The notes under the pieces: model-generated | Told to the model about the DNA's origin: nothing | Seen by the model: the letters and a program-made list of their open reading frames with translations, nothing else | The model's database searches: none | Shown here: positions 19,577-27,350 of the stretch, piece after piece | Layout of the letters: the number at the start of each line of letters is the position of its first letter | How positions within the stretch are numbered: the stretch's first letter is position 1 | IMG/VR virus record: IMGVR_UViG_3300030060_001275 | Span: 1-52,681 of that record | DNA from: a virus | Taxonomy: Duplodnaviria; Caudoviricetes | Direction: 5' to 3' (one strand) | Length of the DNA stretch: 52,681 nt | Made by a program: the position numbers and the translations under genes

Positions 19577-19753
19577 ATGTTTCTTATAACCTGTAGGGCA
19601 TTTATAAATGAAAGGGCATTTAGAGTGGTTTACAAGCCATTTTTACGAATTTTGGCAGTGTGTGTACATATATACGCAGTACGGGGGGGTGGCCCACGCC
19701 TGCCCCACGAAAAAAAAATGATCGTATGCGCTGGCCTGAGAAAAAATAAAAGA

Positions 19754-19766
19754 TAAGTTATTGATT
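19754..19766. promoter_or_regulatory. IHF consensus site
   Basis: TAAGTTATTGATT matches YAANNNNTTGATW, with flanking A-tracts. Confidence 0.45.
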
Positions 19767-19974
19767 TATAAAGAAAAAATAATATATGCAAGTGTTATAT
19801 AGTCACTTGATACTATTTATAGCTTGCACGATTGGCGGAAAATAAAAATTGATCGCGCTGTTTTTGGTTGTGGATATTTTACTACATCTATTCAATTACT
19901 ATGCACACTATACCCTAAACAAGTTGGCACGGTTATTGCTACGCGCGCGTTCCTTATTACGCGAAAAAAAAAGC

Positions 19975-19997
19975 ATGCGTAAAAATTTTTTACACAT
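19975..19997. repeat. 23-bp quasi-palindrome, copy 1
   Basis: ATGCGTAAAAATTTTTTACACAT. Confidence 0.95.
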
Positions 19998-20019
19998 AAC
20001 ACTAATTAAAGATAGAGGG

Positions 20020-20049
20020 TTGACGGTCGAACAAATGATATGTTAAGCT
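20020..20049 (+). promoter_or_regulatory. Putative early sigma70 promoter
   Basis: TTGACG-N18-TAAGCT with extended TG, upstream of the first early gene. Confidence 0.5.
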
Positions 20050-20098
20050 TCTATACATGGTGCTATTTCGTACTTTTACTAAATGAAGGTGAATAATT

Positions 20099-20926
20099 AT
20101 GAATACTCAAATATCAAACATTGCTCTCGACTACACTATTAATCCTGAAAAATTTGCGGACCGTTTTCTTGGTTCTCGAAGAACTACCGATGATTTCGGG
20201 CAAGTTGTTGGCAATGTTTCAGAAACAGAAACAATATCTGAGTTTGATACTGCTGATATTAAAGATGGGCAAAAAAATATTCCGCCTGCTCGCAAACCCA
20301 AAGGTAAATCTAAGCGCGCTGGAATGGGTAAAAAAGTTAATCTTGAACAGTTATTAGCCGCGCCAGTATCGCGCACGAGTGAGCAGACCGTTGAGGAATT
20401 AGCAGAAGAAATAAAGACAATACACGCGCAAATGCTCAAAGGCCAATACGAACAGATAAAGGCTTTCTCTGAAATGGGGATGCGATTCAACAAAATTCGT
20501 AAAGCTGTAATGATTGAAAAGGACTTTGATGACCCTAAAAAGGCGGATTCCGAATTCGGAAAAAAATTGACTCTTTTAGGAATTGGCGTTAATTTTATCG
20601 ACCGGACAACTCGGCGCTCTTATGTCGCGCTAGCCGGTAAACTTACTCAGGCGAAATCCTTTGTAACCAAAGCCGTCAATGCATACGCGAAAGATCCCAA
20701 AGGCGCGGATAAAATCACCAAAAAAATAGCAACTAATTATGCTAGGCTGACATTGACTGCGCCAGTTGTAGTCAAAGAAATGGGTCTCTTAGGTTCGACC
20801 GAAGCCAAACCTAAGGCTGATACGCTCGCGAAAATTGTCGAGAATGTGCAGAATCGCGTTGAAAAGCTCGAAGATGTTTCAATTGCTCAAGTAATCGAAG
20901 CACTACAAAAAATTAACCAAGTCTAA
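20099..20926 (+). CDS. First early gene, unknown function
   Basis: 275 aa ORF with GAAGGTG SD, own promoter and terminator. Confidence 0.75.
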   Translation: MNTQISNIALDYTINPEKFADRFLGSRRTTDDFGQVVGNVSETETISEFDTADIKDGQKNIPPARKPKGKSKRAGMGKKVNLEQLLAAPVSRTSEQTVEELAEEIKTIHAQMLKGQYEQIKAFSEMGMRFNKIRKAVMIEKDFDDPKKADSEFGKKLTLLGIGVNFIDRTTRRSYVALAGKLTQAKSFVTKAVNAYAKDPKGADKITKKIATNYARLTLTAPVVVKEMGLLGSTEAKPKADTLAKIVENVQNRVEKLEDVSIAQVIEALQKINQV

Positions 20927-20942
20927 TATTTAGCACTGAATT

Positions 20943-20972
20943 AAAACCTTATCTTATGGTAGGGTTTTTTTT
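20943..20972 (+). terminator. Intrinsic terminator
   Basis: AAAACCTTATC-TTAT-GGTAGGG followed by T8. Confidence 0.75.
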
Positions 20973-21012
20973 CGTCTGGATTTTTTTATTTATATTTTTT
21001 TTATGATAGTAC

Positions 21013-21037
21013 GTGCCTGAGTGCCTGAGTGCCTGAG
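21013..21037. repeat. Tandem 8-mer (GTGCCTGA)x3
   Basis: Three exact copies in AT-rich intergenic DNA. Confidence 0.9.
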
Positions 21038-21049
21038 CACAAAATTGTA

Positions 21050-21072
21050 ATGCGTAAAAATTTTTTACACAT
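21050..21072. repeat. 23-bp quasi-palindrome, copy 2
   Basis: ATGCGTAAAAATTTTTTACACAT abutting the AGGAG SD. Confidence 0.95.
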
Positions 21073-21084
21073 AGGAGTATAAAA

Positions 21085-21327
21085 ATGTGGAATTTTAATT
21101 TAGTAAATCTTCTCTTAAAAGTATTATTTGGTTTTTTTGTAATACTAGGAGCTTTTGTTTTTTGTGTTGGTTTAATACTTCTTGTCGAAAATGTATATGT
21201 TTCTGGCTGGGATTTATTATTTCAATGCGCTGTACCTTTTATAGGTGCGGTTTTTGGTGTTAGTTGTGGCTGGGTATTCTTGCAAATTAGAGTATGGGAA
21301 TATATTTTAGTGTCACTTGACAAGTAA
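21085..21327 (+). CDS. Small two-TM membrane protein
   Basis: 80 aa with two hydrophobic segments; AGGAG SD. Confidence 0.6.
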   Translation: MWNFNLVNLLLKVLFGFFVILGAFVFCVGLILLVENVYVSGWDLLFQCAVPFIGAVFGVSCGWVFLQIRVWEYILVSLDK

Positions 21328-21346
21328 TCAATAGTATGAGACAATA
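21307..21346 (+). promoter_or_regulatory. Duplicated early promoter, copy A
   Basis: TTAGTGTCACTTGACAAGTAATCAATAGTATGAGACAATA; near-copy at 22792. Confidence 0.7.
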
Positions 21347-21383
21347 GTTGCATGGTTGGGAAGTGTCTTTTTATTTTCTAGCC

Positions 21384-21406
21384 ATGCGTAAAAATTTTTT
21401 ACACAT
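21384..21406. repeat. 23-bp quasi-palindrome, copy 3
   Basis: Exact copy followed by TGGAG SD. Confidence 0.95.
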
Positions 21407-21413
21407 TGGAGAA

Positions 21414-21791
21414 ATGAACATGACTGATTTTTATGTAACAACACAATGCTTAGAGAACTATGGCTCACATTGTCATTCGGGCAAGTTTTCTGATGATTCG
21501 CATTGTTGGAAGTTTAAAACTGGCACTGACTACATCGTGTCCGGTCTGTATAAGCACCAAGATGCTATGGCATTCGTTGCATCTATCTGTATGTACAACG
21601 GTATCGGTTGGAAAGAATTTCCTTCTGAGTGCATCACGGTGTGTGAGTGGAACGCTAAATGGGACATGGATAACCCCAATGATGTGGAGTACCGTGACTT
21701 CAAGTTGAAATATGTGGAACGTGTTGACCCTCGCACTTTTGATAGGGCATTGCATGAACGCAAAATGAACGTGACTCTGGGTGAGTTTTAG
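21414..21791 (+). CDS. Hypothetical early protein (start revised)
   Basis: GGAG SD precedes ATG 21414/21420; TQCLENYG.H...WKFK.G..Y motif. Confidence 0.7.
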   Translation: MNMTDFYVTTQCLENYGSHCHSGKFSDDSHCWKFKTGTDYIVSGLYKHQDAMAFVASICMYNGIGWKEFPSECITVCEWNAKWDMDNPNDVEYRDFKLKYVERVDPRTFDRALHERKMNVTLGEF

Positions 21792-21797
21792 TGTCAA

Positions 21798-21820
21798 AAG
21801 CGTAAAAATTTTTTACACAT
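21798..21820. repeat. 23-bp quasi-palindrome, copy 4
   Basis: AAGCGTAAAAATTTTTTACACAT. Confidence 0.92.
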
Positions 21821-21823
21821 CAA

Positions 21824-22579
21824 ATGGAGATGTTAAGTATGAAATTACCAAAAAAAGTTACTGGCGTGGTGTTCTATGAAGGCGCGTCTATGCTCAATGG
21901 TGAGCGTATTGTAGGCATAATGTTGTTCTCATCTAGCAATGAAAAGACGGGTAACATGGCACAGATTATGTATCTAGTCGTGGATGAGTCACCTGTGGAT
22001 GCGATCAAGTCGGGTGCTGATGAAGCTATATGTGGTAAGTGTGTGCATCGTGGTACATCGTGCTATGTGACAGTGTTTCAGTCTCCGCTGTCTGTGTGGA
22101 AGTCGTATCACAAAGGTAATTATCCTGTGGTATCCGTAGCTGAGTGTTGCGAGTTGATCCAGCAACGTGGTCTAGAAGTTAGGTTTGGCACGTATGGAGA
22201 TCCTGCCGCTATACCTACAGATATCACACTGGCTCAGGCTAGAGTGGCTGTGAAGATTACTGGTTACACGCATCAGTGGATGCACAAGAAATTTGATCCG
22301 GCTTTACTTGATGTGTGCATGGCTTCTGTGGATAACAAGAAACAGATAAAGCACTTACAGCGTAAAGCTAAACGTGCTGATGCTAGGTATTATCGTGTCA
22401 CCACTGATATATCAGATATTGATGTGGGGGAGATTGCCTGTCCACATTATGACACTGGCATACAATGCAAGGCGTGTGGCTTGTGTGATGGCGCACGTAG
22501 GAATTCAGCATCTATTGTGGTGCAGGTACACGGTTCATCTGCCAAGATCAACAGCTTTAATTTAATTGCGGTAGCGTAA
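21824..22579 (+). CDS. Cys-rich conserved phage protein (possibly Fe-S / radical-SAM-like)
   Basis: SNEKTG, CGKC..RG..CYV, RFGTYGDPA, GYTHQW, CP...C..C.LC...HG motifs. Confidence 0.55.
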   Translation: MEMLSMKLPKKVTGVVFYEGASMLNGERIVGIMLFSSSNEKTGNMAQIMYLVVDESPVDAIKSGADEAICGKCVHRGTSCYVTVFQSPLSVWKSYHKGNYPVVSVAECCELIQQRGLEVRFGTYGDPAAIPTDITLAQARVAVKITGYTHQWMHKKFDPALLDVCMASVDNKKQIKHLQRKAKRADARYYRVTTDISDIDVGEIACPHYDTGIQCKACGLCDGARRNSASIVVQVHGSSAKINSFNLIAVA

Positions 22580-22583
22580 CAGG

Positions 22584-22606
22584 ATGCGTAAAAACTTTTT
22601 ACACAT
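22584..22606. repeat. 23-bp quasi-palindrome, copy 5
   Basis: ATGCGTAAAAACTTTTTACACAT. Confidence 0.92.
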
Positions 22607-22629
22607 TAATAAATATGAGGAGAGTAAAA

Positions 22630-22824
22630 ATGAGTAAGATTTATACTTTAAGAGATACATTTGATGGTAGTCTTGTGAAATGGACATTGCCTGAGATACT
22701 TGAATATATAAACAGCGGCAGGTCTGACGAATGGGAGGACTATGATGAAGGGGATTGGGAAGAAGGACTAGAGGTTTGGACCGAGTATGAGTTAGTGTCA
22801 CTTGACAATAAGTCAATAGTGTGA
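22630..22824 (+). CDS. Small acidic protein
   Basis: GAGGAG SD before ATG 22630; IN..RSDEW.DYDE.DW.EG motif. Confidence 0.65.
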   Translation: MSKIYTLRDTFDGSLVKWTLPEILEYINSGRSDEWEDYDEGDWEEGLEVWTEYELVSLDNKSIV

Positions 22825-22831
22825 AATACTA
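22792..22831 (+). promoter_or_regulatory. Duplicated early promoter, copy B
   Basis: TTAGTGTCACTTGACAATAAGTCAATAGTGTGAAATACTA. Confidence 0.7.
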
Positions 22832-22865
22832 TGCACACTGATAGGAGGTAACAAGTTCCCTCGTT

Positions 22866-22889
22866 GCCCCACTTCGGTGGGGTTTTTTT
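22866..22889 (+). terminator. Intrinsic terminator (UUCG loop)
   Basis: CCCCAC-TTCG-GTGGGG followed by T7. Confidence 0.85.
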
Positions 22890-22913
22890 ATAGTCAAGAG
22901 AAAGAGAGAAACC

Positions 22914-23156
22914 ATGAAAAACGAAACAATTTTTATTAATGCAATCGAAGGTGCGAAAGTCGCCGTTTTCAAAGGTGCCGGTAATATGATTGGTACTGCA
23001 AAGACTGCTGAGATGTTAAACTACATCCTTGATACTCACAAGATTTACGGTGAAGTGATGTTCTGTAGCACTATGGATTTTGCAGATGAAGTTGGTTTCG
23101 CAACCCATGACGGTGCGAAAAAGATTTGGGATGCCGCCATGGCAATGAGAGGTTAA
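22914..23156 (+). CDS. Hypothetical early protein
   Basis: 80 aa ORF with a purine-rich leader. Confidence 0.65.
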   Translation: MKNETIFINAIEGAKVAVFKGAGNMIGTAKTAEMLNYILDTHKIYGEVMFCSTMDFADEVGFATHDGAKKIWDAAMAMRG

Positions 23157-23158
23157 TA

Positions 23159-23181
23159 ATGCGTAAAAATTATTTACACAG
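23159..23181. repeat. 23-bp quasi-palindrome, copy 6
   Basis: ATGCGTAAAAATTATTTACACAG running into the GGAG SD of a 39-aa ORF (23191-23310). Confidence 0.9.
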
Positions 23182-23302
23182 GAGAGTAAAATGAAAATTA
23201 TTGATTGGATTATTATTTATACTGAAGGTGACGCAGTCGCACGGATGACACCAGTGTACGATATGCAAGATTGGCTTGCATTAACTTATGCGGAGAAAAT
23301 GT

Positions 23303-23662
23303 ATGTATGAAGTTTATCAGCTACCGTTTGAGGTGGCATCGCGTTTGATGGAGGAGAGATCTACAAGTCCGTTCATGTATCGTGGGTTGCAGTATTCTGA
23401 CTCACCCTACGAGTACACCAAGCAACTTGCACAGCAGTTGTTTGAGAAGAATGGGTATCGTGCAGTTGCTCGCTTCAATGTGAACTCACTGGACGGTGTC
23501 TTTGCTGCATCGGGTATGGGGGATGAGTCAGTGACTGAACGTCTAGCTAAGATGCACACAGTGAGCGTGGGTGACATCATCCGTGACATGGAGTCGGATG
23601 ATTACTTTATTGTGAATCCAATGGGGTTTGATTTCATGGGCAAGTTAAGGAGAGTAGTGTGA
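23303..23662 (+). CDS. YodL-like domain protein
   Basis: YEVYQL start, L..VF, and HTVSVGDII...YFIV...GF resemble the YodL signature. Confidence 0.6.
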   Translation: MYEVYQLPFEVASRLMEERSTSPFMYRGLQYSDSPYEYTKQLAQQLFEKNGYRAVARFNVNSLDGVFAASGMGDESVTERLAKMHTVSVGDIIRDMESDDYFIVNPMGFDFMGKLRRVV

Positions 23663-23786
23663 GTGACCATTCGGCAAGTTATTTTCATTAGAGGAGGCAT
23701 AAAAGATATTTTATATAGCATTTTTATTAGGAGTGCTTATACTGTGTCACTTAGTATTTGCAACATTAAATTTTATAATTAACTGG

Positions 23787-23809
23787 ATGCGTAAAAATTT
23801 TTAACGCAT
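23787..23809. repeat. 23-bp quasi-palindrome, copy 7
   Basis: ATGCGTAAAAATTTTTAACGCAT, 36 bp upstream of the tRNA. Confidence 0.88.
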
Positions 23810-23845
23810 GTTGGTCTAGGATTTTCTTAGATCATACCTTAATAC

Positions 23846-23919
23846 CTTGGGGGAGCCAGACGGTCAGGCGGTGGTCTGCAAAACCACAGAAACGGGTTCG
23901 ACTCCCGTCCCCAAGTCCA
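23846..23919 (+). tRNA. tRNA-Cys (GCA)
   Basis: Acceptor CTTGGGG/CCCCAAG, D stem GCC/GGC, anticodon arm GTGGT-CTGCAAA-ACCAC, T arm ACGGG-TTCGACT-CCCGT, discriminator U, encoded CCA. Confidence 0.9.
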
Positions 23920-24086
23920 AATTAAAAGGAAATAAATTATGTTTAACAATATGATTTTGCATATGATGACAGACTTTGAAACAGTGCCATACTATTCTGT
24001 CATGGCTTTCACAGGCTGGGTGCTTGTATCTTTCTGGATTACAGTATCCATTTTAGTTTATTTAAATTTAAAGATGGAGGTTAAAG

Positions 24087-24284
24087 ATGACTAAATTAAA
24101 AAAAGGCTTGCAACGGCAGGAATTAATAGAAGCGTTAATAAAGTTTGCAGAACAAACAGGCAATGCTTGGTATGAGTGGAATGATGCTTCAGGTGATGTT
24201 GAATTATGCGTCGTTTTTACAGTCCCAGCCGAGGATGGTCAGGTGATTCTTGACTTCAGAGGAGAAGGAGAATACAGACGATGA
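24087..24284 (+). CDS. Hypothetical protein
   Basis: GGAGG SD, 65 aa. Confidence 0.6.
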   Translation: MTKLKKGLQRQELIEALIKFAEQTGNAWYEWNDASGDVELCVVFTVPAEDGQVILDFRGEGEYRR

Positions 24285-24484
24285 ACAAATTTGATGATCA
24301 GGATTCAAGGATTTTACTGCAAAAATATGAAGATAAGATGACTGAAGATGAGAAAACTCTTTGTTCTTTAGTGTCGATTGCTTTTGTTAGTAACGAACGC
24401 ATGGACAAAGAGGATGTTGAGTCTTGGCGATTCTTGCAAGGTAAGTTAAACGAATGGCATGATGATGGAATTGGTTTGCCTTGA
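24281..24484 (+). CDS. Hypothetical protein
   Basis: ATGA overlap, AGGAG SD. Confidence 0.6.
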   Translation: MNKFDDQDSRILLQKYEDKMTEDEKTLCSLVSIAFVSNERMDKEDVESWRFLQGKLNEWHDDGIGLP

Positions 24485-24549
24485 CATTTGTTTTCTTAAA
24501 TATTAAAATTTTAAACACAAAATTATCAGTTGCTATAGGAGCAAACAAA

Positions 24550-25419
24550 ATGAAATACGAAAACTTTGATGGTCTTCCTGCGTTACCTATTGATCTGGAT
24601 TTTAATCCTGTTCGTGAGACTGTATATCGTAATGGTGTGCGAGTCCCAGACCAGTATTGGATTGTTAATCCACATACCGATCAACTCATCAATGATAAAC
24701 CATCTGGTAAGAACCATCATCCAGTGAACTATACTCGCATGTGGGATGCGTTTTGTGAGGGTGTGAGTGCGTCAGGTATTGACACTAATAACCTACAGGT
24801 AAAGTTCAACATAGCGCACAATGGTTCGGCATTTTCTGCTGACATTGTATTTAAAAATTATGACTTTAAAAGGATTATAGGTGAGGCTACGCAGATGAAA
24901 ATGCGTATTGTTGACTCACACGACATGACGTTTAGGCGTGACATTCGTTGCACGATTATGCGACTAGCTTGCACTAATGGTATGTCCAATGTCGGTGAGA
25001 ATCTCACGATCAGGCAGAAACATACAATGCTATCTGATCCTGAGAAACTTGGTGCTGTCGTTGCTGAGTATCCATCTCGTCTAGAGAATGAAGCGGAACT
25101 TTATGAAAGGATGATAAAAACTCCTGTTACTAAGGATCAAGCTATCGCATTTGCTAGGTCTGAAGTTGCTACATATCGTGTGGCTTCTGGTATCAAAGTA
25201 AATGAGAAGTCAGTCGAGGAGTTTGCTAGGATCTGGAATGACTACGCAGGACTTGGTAATACTGGCTATCGTTTATATAACGTGCTAACTCACATCGGTA
25301 CACACGTTACTGGTAGAAAGGGTACAGACATGGCTCGTAAGCAGATACGCATTGAGGATAAGGTAGCTGACATAGTGCAGGGTAATACCTTTCAATCATT
25401 AGTAGGATTAGCGGCATAA
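24550..25419 (+). CDS. DUF932-like protein (start revised)
   Basis: AGGAG SD before ATG 24550; DSHD....RLACTNGM and TGYRLYNVLT motifs. Confidence 0.7.
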   Translation: MKYENFDGLPALPIDLDFNPVRETVYRNGVRVPDQYWIVNPHTDQLINDKPSGKNHHPVNYTRMWDAFCEGVSASGIDTNNLQVKFNIAHNGSAFSADIVFKNYDFKRIIGEATQMKMRIVDSHDMTFRRDIRCTIMRLACTNGMSNVGENLTIRQKHTMLSDPEKLGAVVAEYPSRLENEAELYERMIKTPVTKDQAIAFARSEVATYRVASGIKVNEKSVEEFARIWNDYAGLGNTGYRLYNVLTHIGTHVTGRKGTDMARKQIRIEDKVADIVQGNTFQSLVGLAA

Positions 25420-25510
25420 GCCGCTTTTCTATTGGAGTGAGGTATAGGTGAGTGGGTACTGATAACCTTTAGCTACATTAACTTTTTAACAACAATAGAG
25501 GAAATATATT

Positions 25511-25792
25511 ATGAAAAGAGTAGACATACTGAAAATGCAACTACTGAATAGTAGAGGACGTTTTTTCACTGCTGAGTGGAAAGGTTTGGTTGGTGAGATG
25601 ATTAAAGCTAATTTTAAAGTTATAAAAATTATCGATGTATCATCTAAGCGTATTCGTGCCACAGTTTATATTCCTAAACTTAGCAAAAACATAAACCTAA
25701 ATTTTATGATTAACTTACATGGTGACTGCACTTATATTGCTAGTGACAAGTCAAAGTTTGAAATGTCTGGCAAACAAGCATTCAACTTTTGA
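25511..25792 (+). CDS. Hypothetical protein
   Basis: GAGG SD, 93 aa. Confidence 0.6.
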   Translation: MKRVDILKMQLLNSRGRFFTAEWKGLVGEMIKANFKVIKIIDVSSKRIRATVYIPKLSKNINLNFMINLHGDCTYIASDKSKFEMSGKQAFNF

Positions 25793-25979
25793 GAAGACCG
25801 AACAGGAGATAGCACATGAGTAATTTCATTGTAGTTAAAATTTTGTGGGGTGTAGATAAAAATCCGTCTAAATATTCATTCAAAACTCAGGCAGAAGCGG
25901 ATGCGTTTATGCGTGGTGTTGAGGAATCAAATGGTTGGTTAGATTATGAGGTAGAAGATGAAGAGGAGGTAATTGACTT

Positions 25980-26213
25980 ATGAAAATTATGACAAGTGAA
26001 GGTGAATTTGTTTTTCCCATAGATGAACTGCGTGAAAAAGGTGGGTTCAAGCCCATGAACAATGAGCGCGGTTACGCATGGTTTGGGGGCAAATCGCATC
26101 GCGCTTTTGCAGATTTATCCCAAGTAAGCCCCGATGACGTTGAAGATTTCGAGGACTTGGAATTTCTTGTAATCGGATATGCAAACAACAATAAGGAGGT
26201 AAATGATGGCTAA
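25980..26213 (+). CDS. Hypothetical protein
   Basis: GAGGAGG SD, 77 aa. Confidence 0.6.
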   Translation: MKIMTSEGEFVFPIDELREKGGFKPMNNERGYAWFGGKSHRAFADLSQVSPDDVEDFEDLEFLVIGYANNNKEVNDG

Positions 26214-26394
26214 GTATCAGGAATATAAGGTTTTCAAGACATGGGATGTCACGGAAATCTACACGGTTCGCGCTGAGTCTATCGAACAGGCAATTCGATT
26301 CGTAGAGGATGGCGAGGACTCTGATGACGCAAATGTCTACACCGTGAGTAAAAGCGAGTATGAAGATAATTTCGAAGTCGGAAAGTCGGGTTAG
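26203..26394 (+). CDS. Small acidic hypothetical protein
   Basis: AAGGAGGT SD; V.AES.E.A motif. Confidence 0.65.
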   Translation: MMAKYQEYKVFKTWDVTEIYTVRAESIEQAIRFVEDGEDSDDANVYTVSKSEYEDNFEVGKSG

Positions 26395-26444
26395 TCACCT
26401 GCCACAGCGCATCGATTCGGTGCGTTGTATCGGTGTGTGACTAA
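26391..26444 (+). other. Long interrupted RNA hairpin
   Basis: TTAGTCAC...ACAGCGCATCG-ATT-CGGTGCGTTGT...GTGACTAA with G-U pairs. Confidence 0.7.
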
Positions 26445-26448
26445 GAGA

Positions 26449-26471
26449 ATGCGTAAAAATATTTTACACAT
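26449..26471. repeat. 23-bp quasi-palindrome, copy 8
   Basis: ATGCGTAAAAATATTTTACACAT. Confidence 0.92.
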
Positions 26472-26494
26472 AGAAGATAAAAGAGGTTGAGGTA

Positions 26495-26722
26495 ATGATT
26501 GAACCAATTAATTTATATAAGTTCGTGGACTATGTCGAGTCATTTTATGGTGACGATGGTGTCATTGATTTGAGATTCAAGGTGACACGGGAACACATAT
26601 GGAATGCTACGTGCATACACCTGCTGCGCTTGGAGCGTAAAAGCTGGCCTTTTGAGGGTGACAGTGTGGATCGTGAGATGGTTGCTGATTTGATGCGCCG
26701 GGCGGAGTTTGAACATGACTGA
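26495..26722 (+). CDS. Hypothetical protein
   Basis: GAGG SD; FVDYVESFYG...FEGDSVDRE motif. Confidence 0.65.
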   Translation: MIEPINLYKFVDYVESFYGDDGVIDLRFKVTREHIWNATCIHLLRLERKSWPFEGDSVDREMVADLMRRAEFEHD

Positions 26723-26978
26723 TATAACCATGAAAAATTGGCAGAAGTATCTTTACAAATCAGAATTACAATTGATGCAAGCTGTTTTTAGTGAAACTCA
26801 TAGGACGGTTCGTAGTTGTGAACCGCCATCTTTACCTGTAGAAAACTGGAATGATATCAACTGGTTATCAGACAATGCTGAAAAAATGCTAGATGAATAT
26901 TTAGACATGGCTAAAGACATGGAAAAAGTATTAGATAATATAGCTGATGAAGTAGTAAAGAAGGGCTTAGGACAGTGA
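26709..26978 (+). CDS. Hypothetical protein
   Basis: 89 aa ORF overlapping the previous gene. Confidence 0.55.
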   Translation: MNMTDITMKNWQKYLYKSELQLMQAVFSETHRTVRSCEPPSLPVENWNDINWLSDNAEKMLDEYLDMAKDMEKVLDNIADEVVKKGLGQ

Positions 26979-27116
26979 TTAAAATATATATCATGCTGCT
27001 ACTTGTATACGGCACTTTAACAGGTGCTGTATACTTTATGGCGGATGGCACTAGGAGTATAGGTTTTACCAATATATGTGGTGAGCATAAGTATTTTTGC
27101 ACAAGGAAAGTAAAAA

Positions 27117-27350
27117 ATGAGTGATTTACACGAAGCTGCTGAAGAGCATAAGAAAAAATGGAAAGGGCAATTAGATCCAATAAATCGTAGTGATACGTCT
27201 TTATTGAATTTTATGCACAATTATAAAGTATCGGTAATGCATGTCGGAGATAAATGGATTGCTAAAACAGAATATTATCAAGCCGATGGTATTAGCATTC
27301 GCTCTGCTATAGCTAACTTAGAAAGGTATATATATGGAAATAACAAATGA
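27117..27350 (+). CDS. Hypothetical protein
   Basis: AAGGA SD; overlaps the integrase start. Confidence 0.55.
   Translation: MSDLHEAAEEHKKKWKGQLDPINRSDTSLLNFMHNYKVSVMHVGDKWIAKTEYYQADGISIRSAIANLERYIYGNNK

Noticed and set aside
19517-20046. ORFs 19517-19756 and 19849-20046
   Set aside because: They run through regulatory repeats and homopolymer tracts, lack SDs, and one simply translates the 23-bp repeat (MRKNFLH).
26390-26445. Hairpin as an integron attC site
   Set aside because: The ends are not in RYYYAAC...GTTRRRY order, it occurs once, and its G-U pairs favour an RNA structure.
19975-26471. 23-bp repeats as a CRISPR array
   Set aside because: Spacing is irregular (~330 to ~2660 bp) and the intervals contain whole genes; no cas operon is present.
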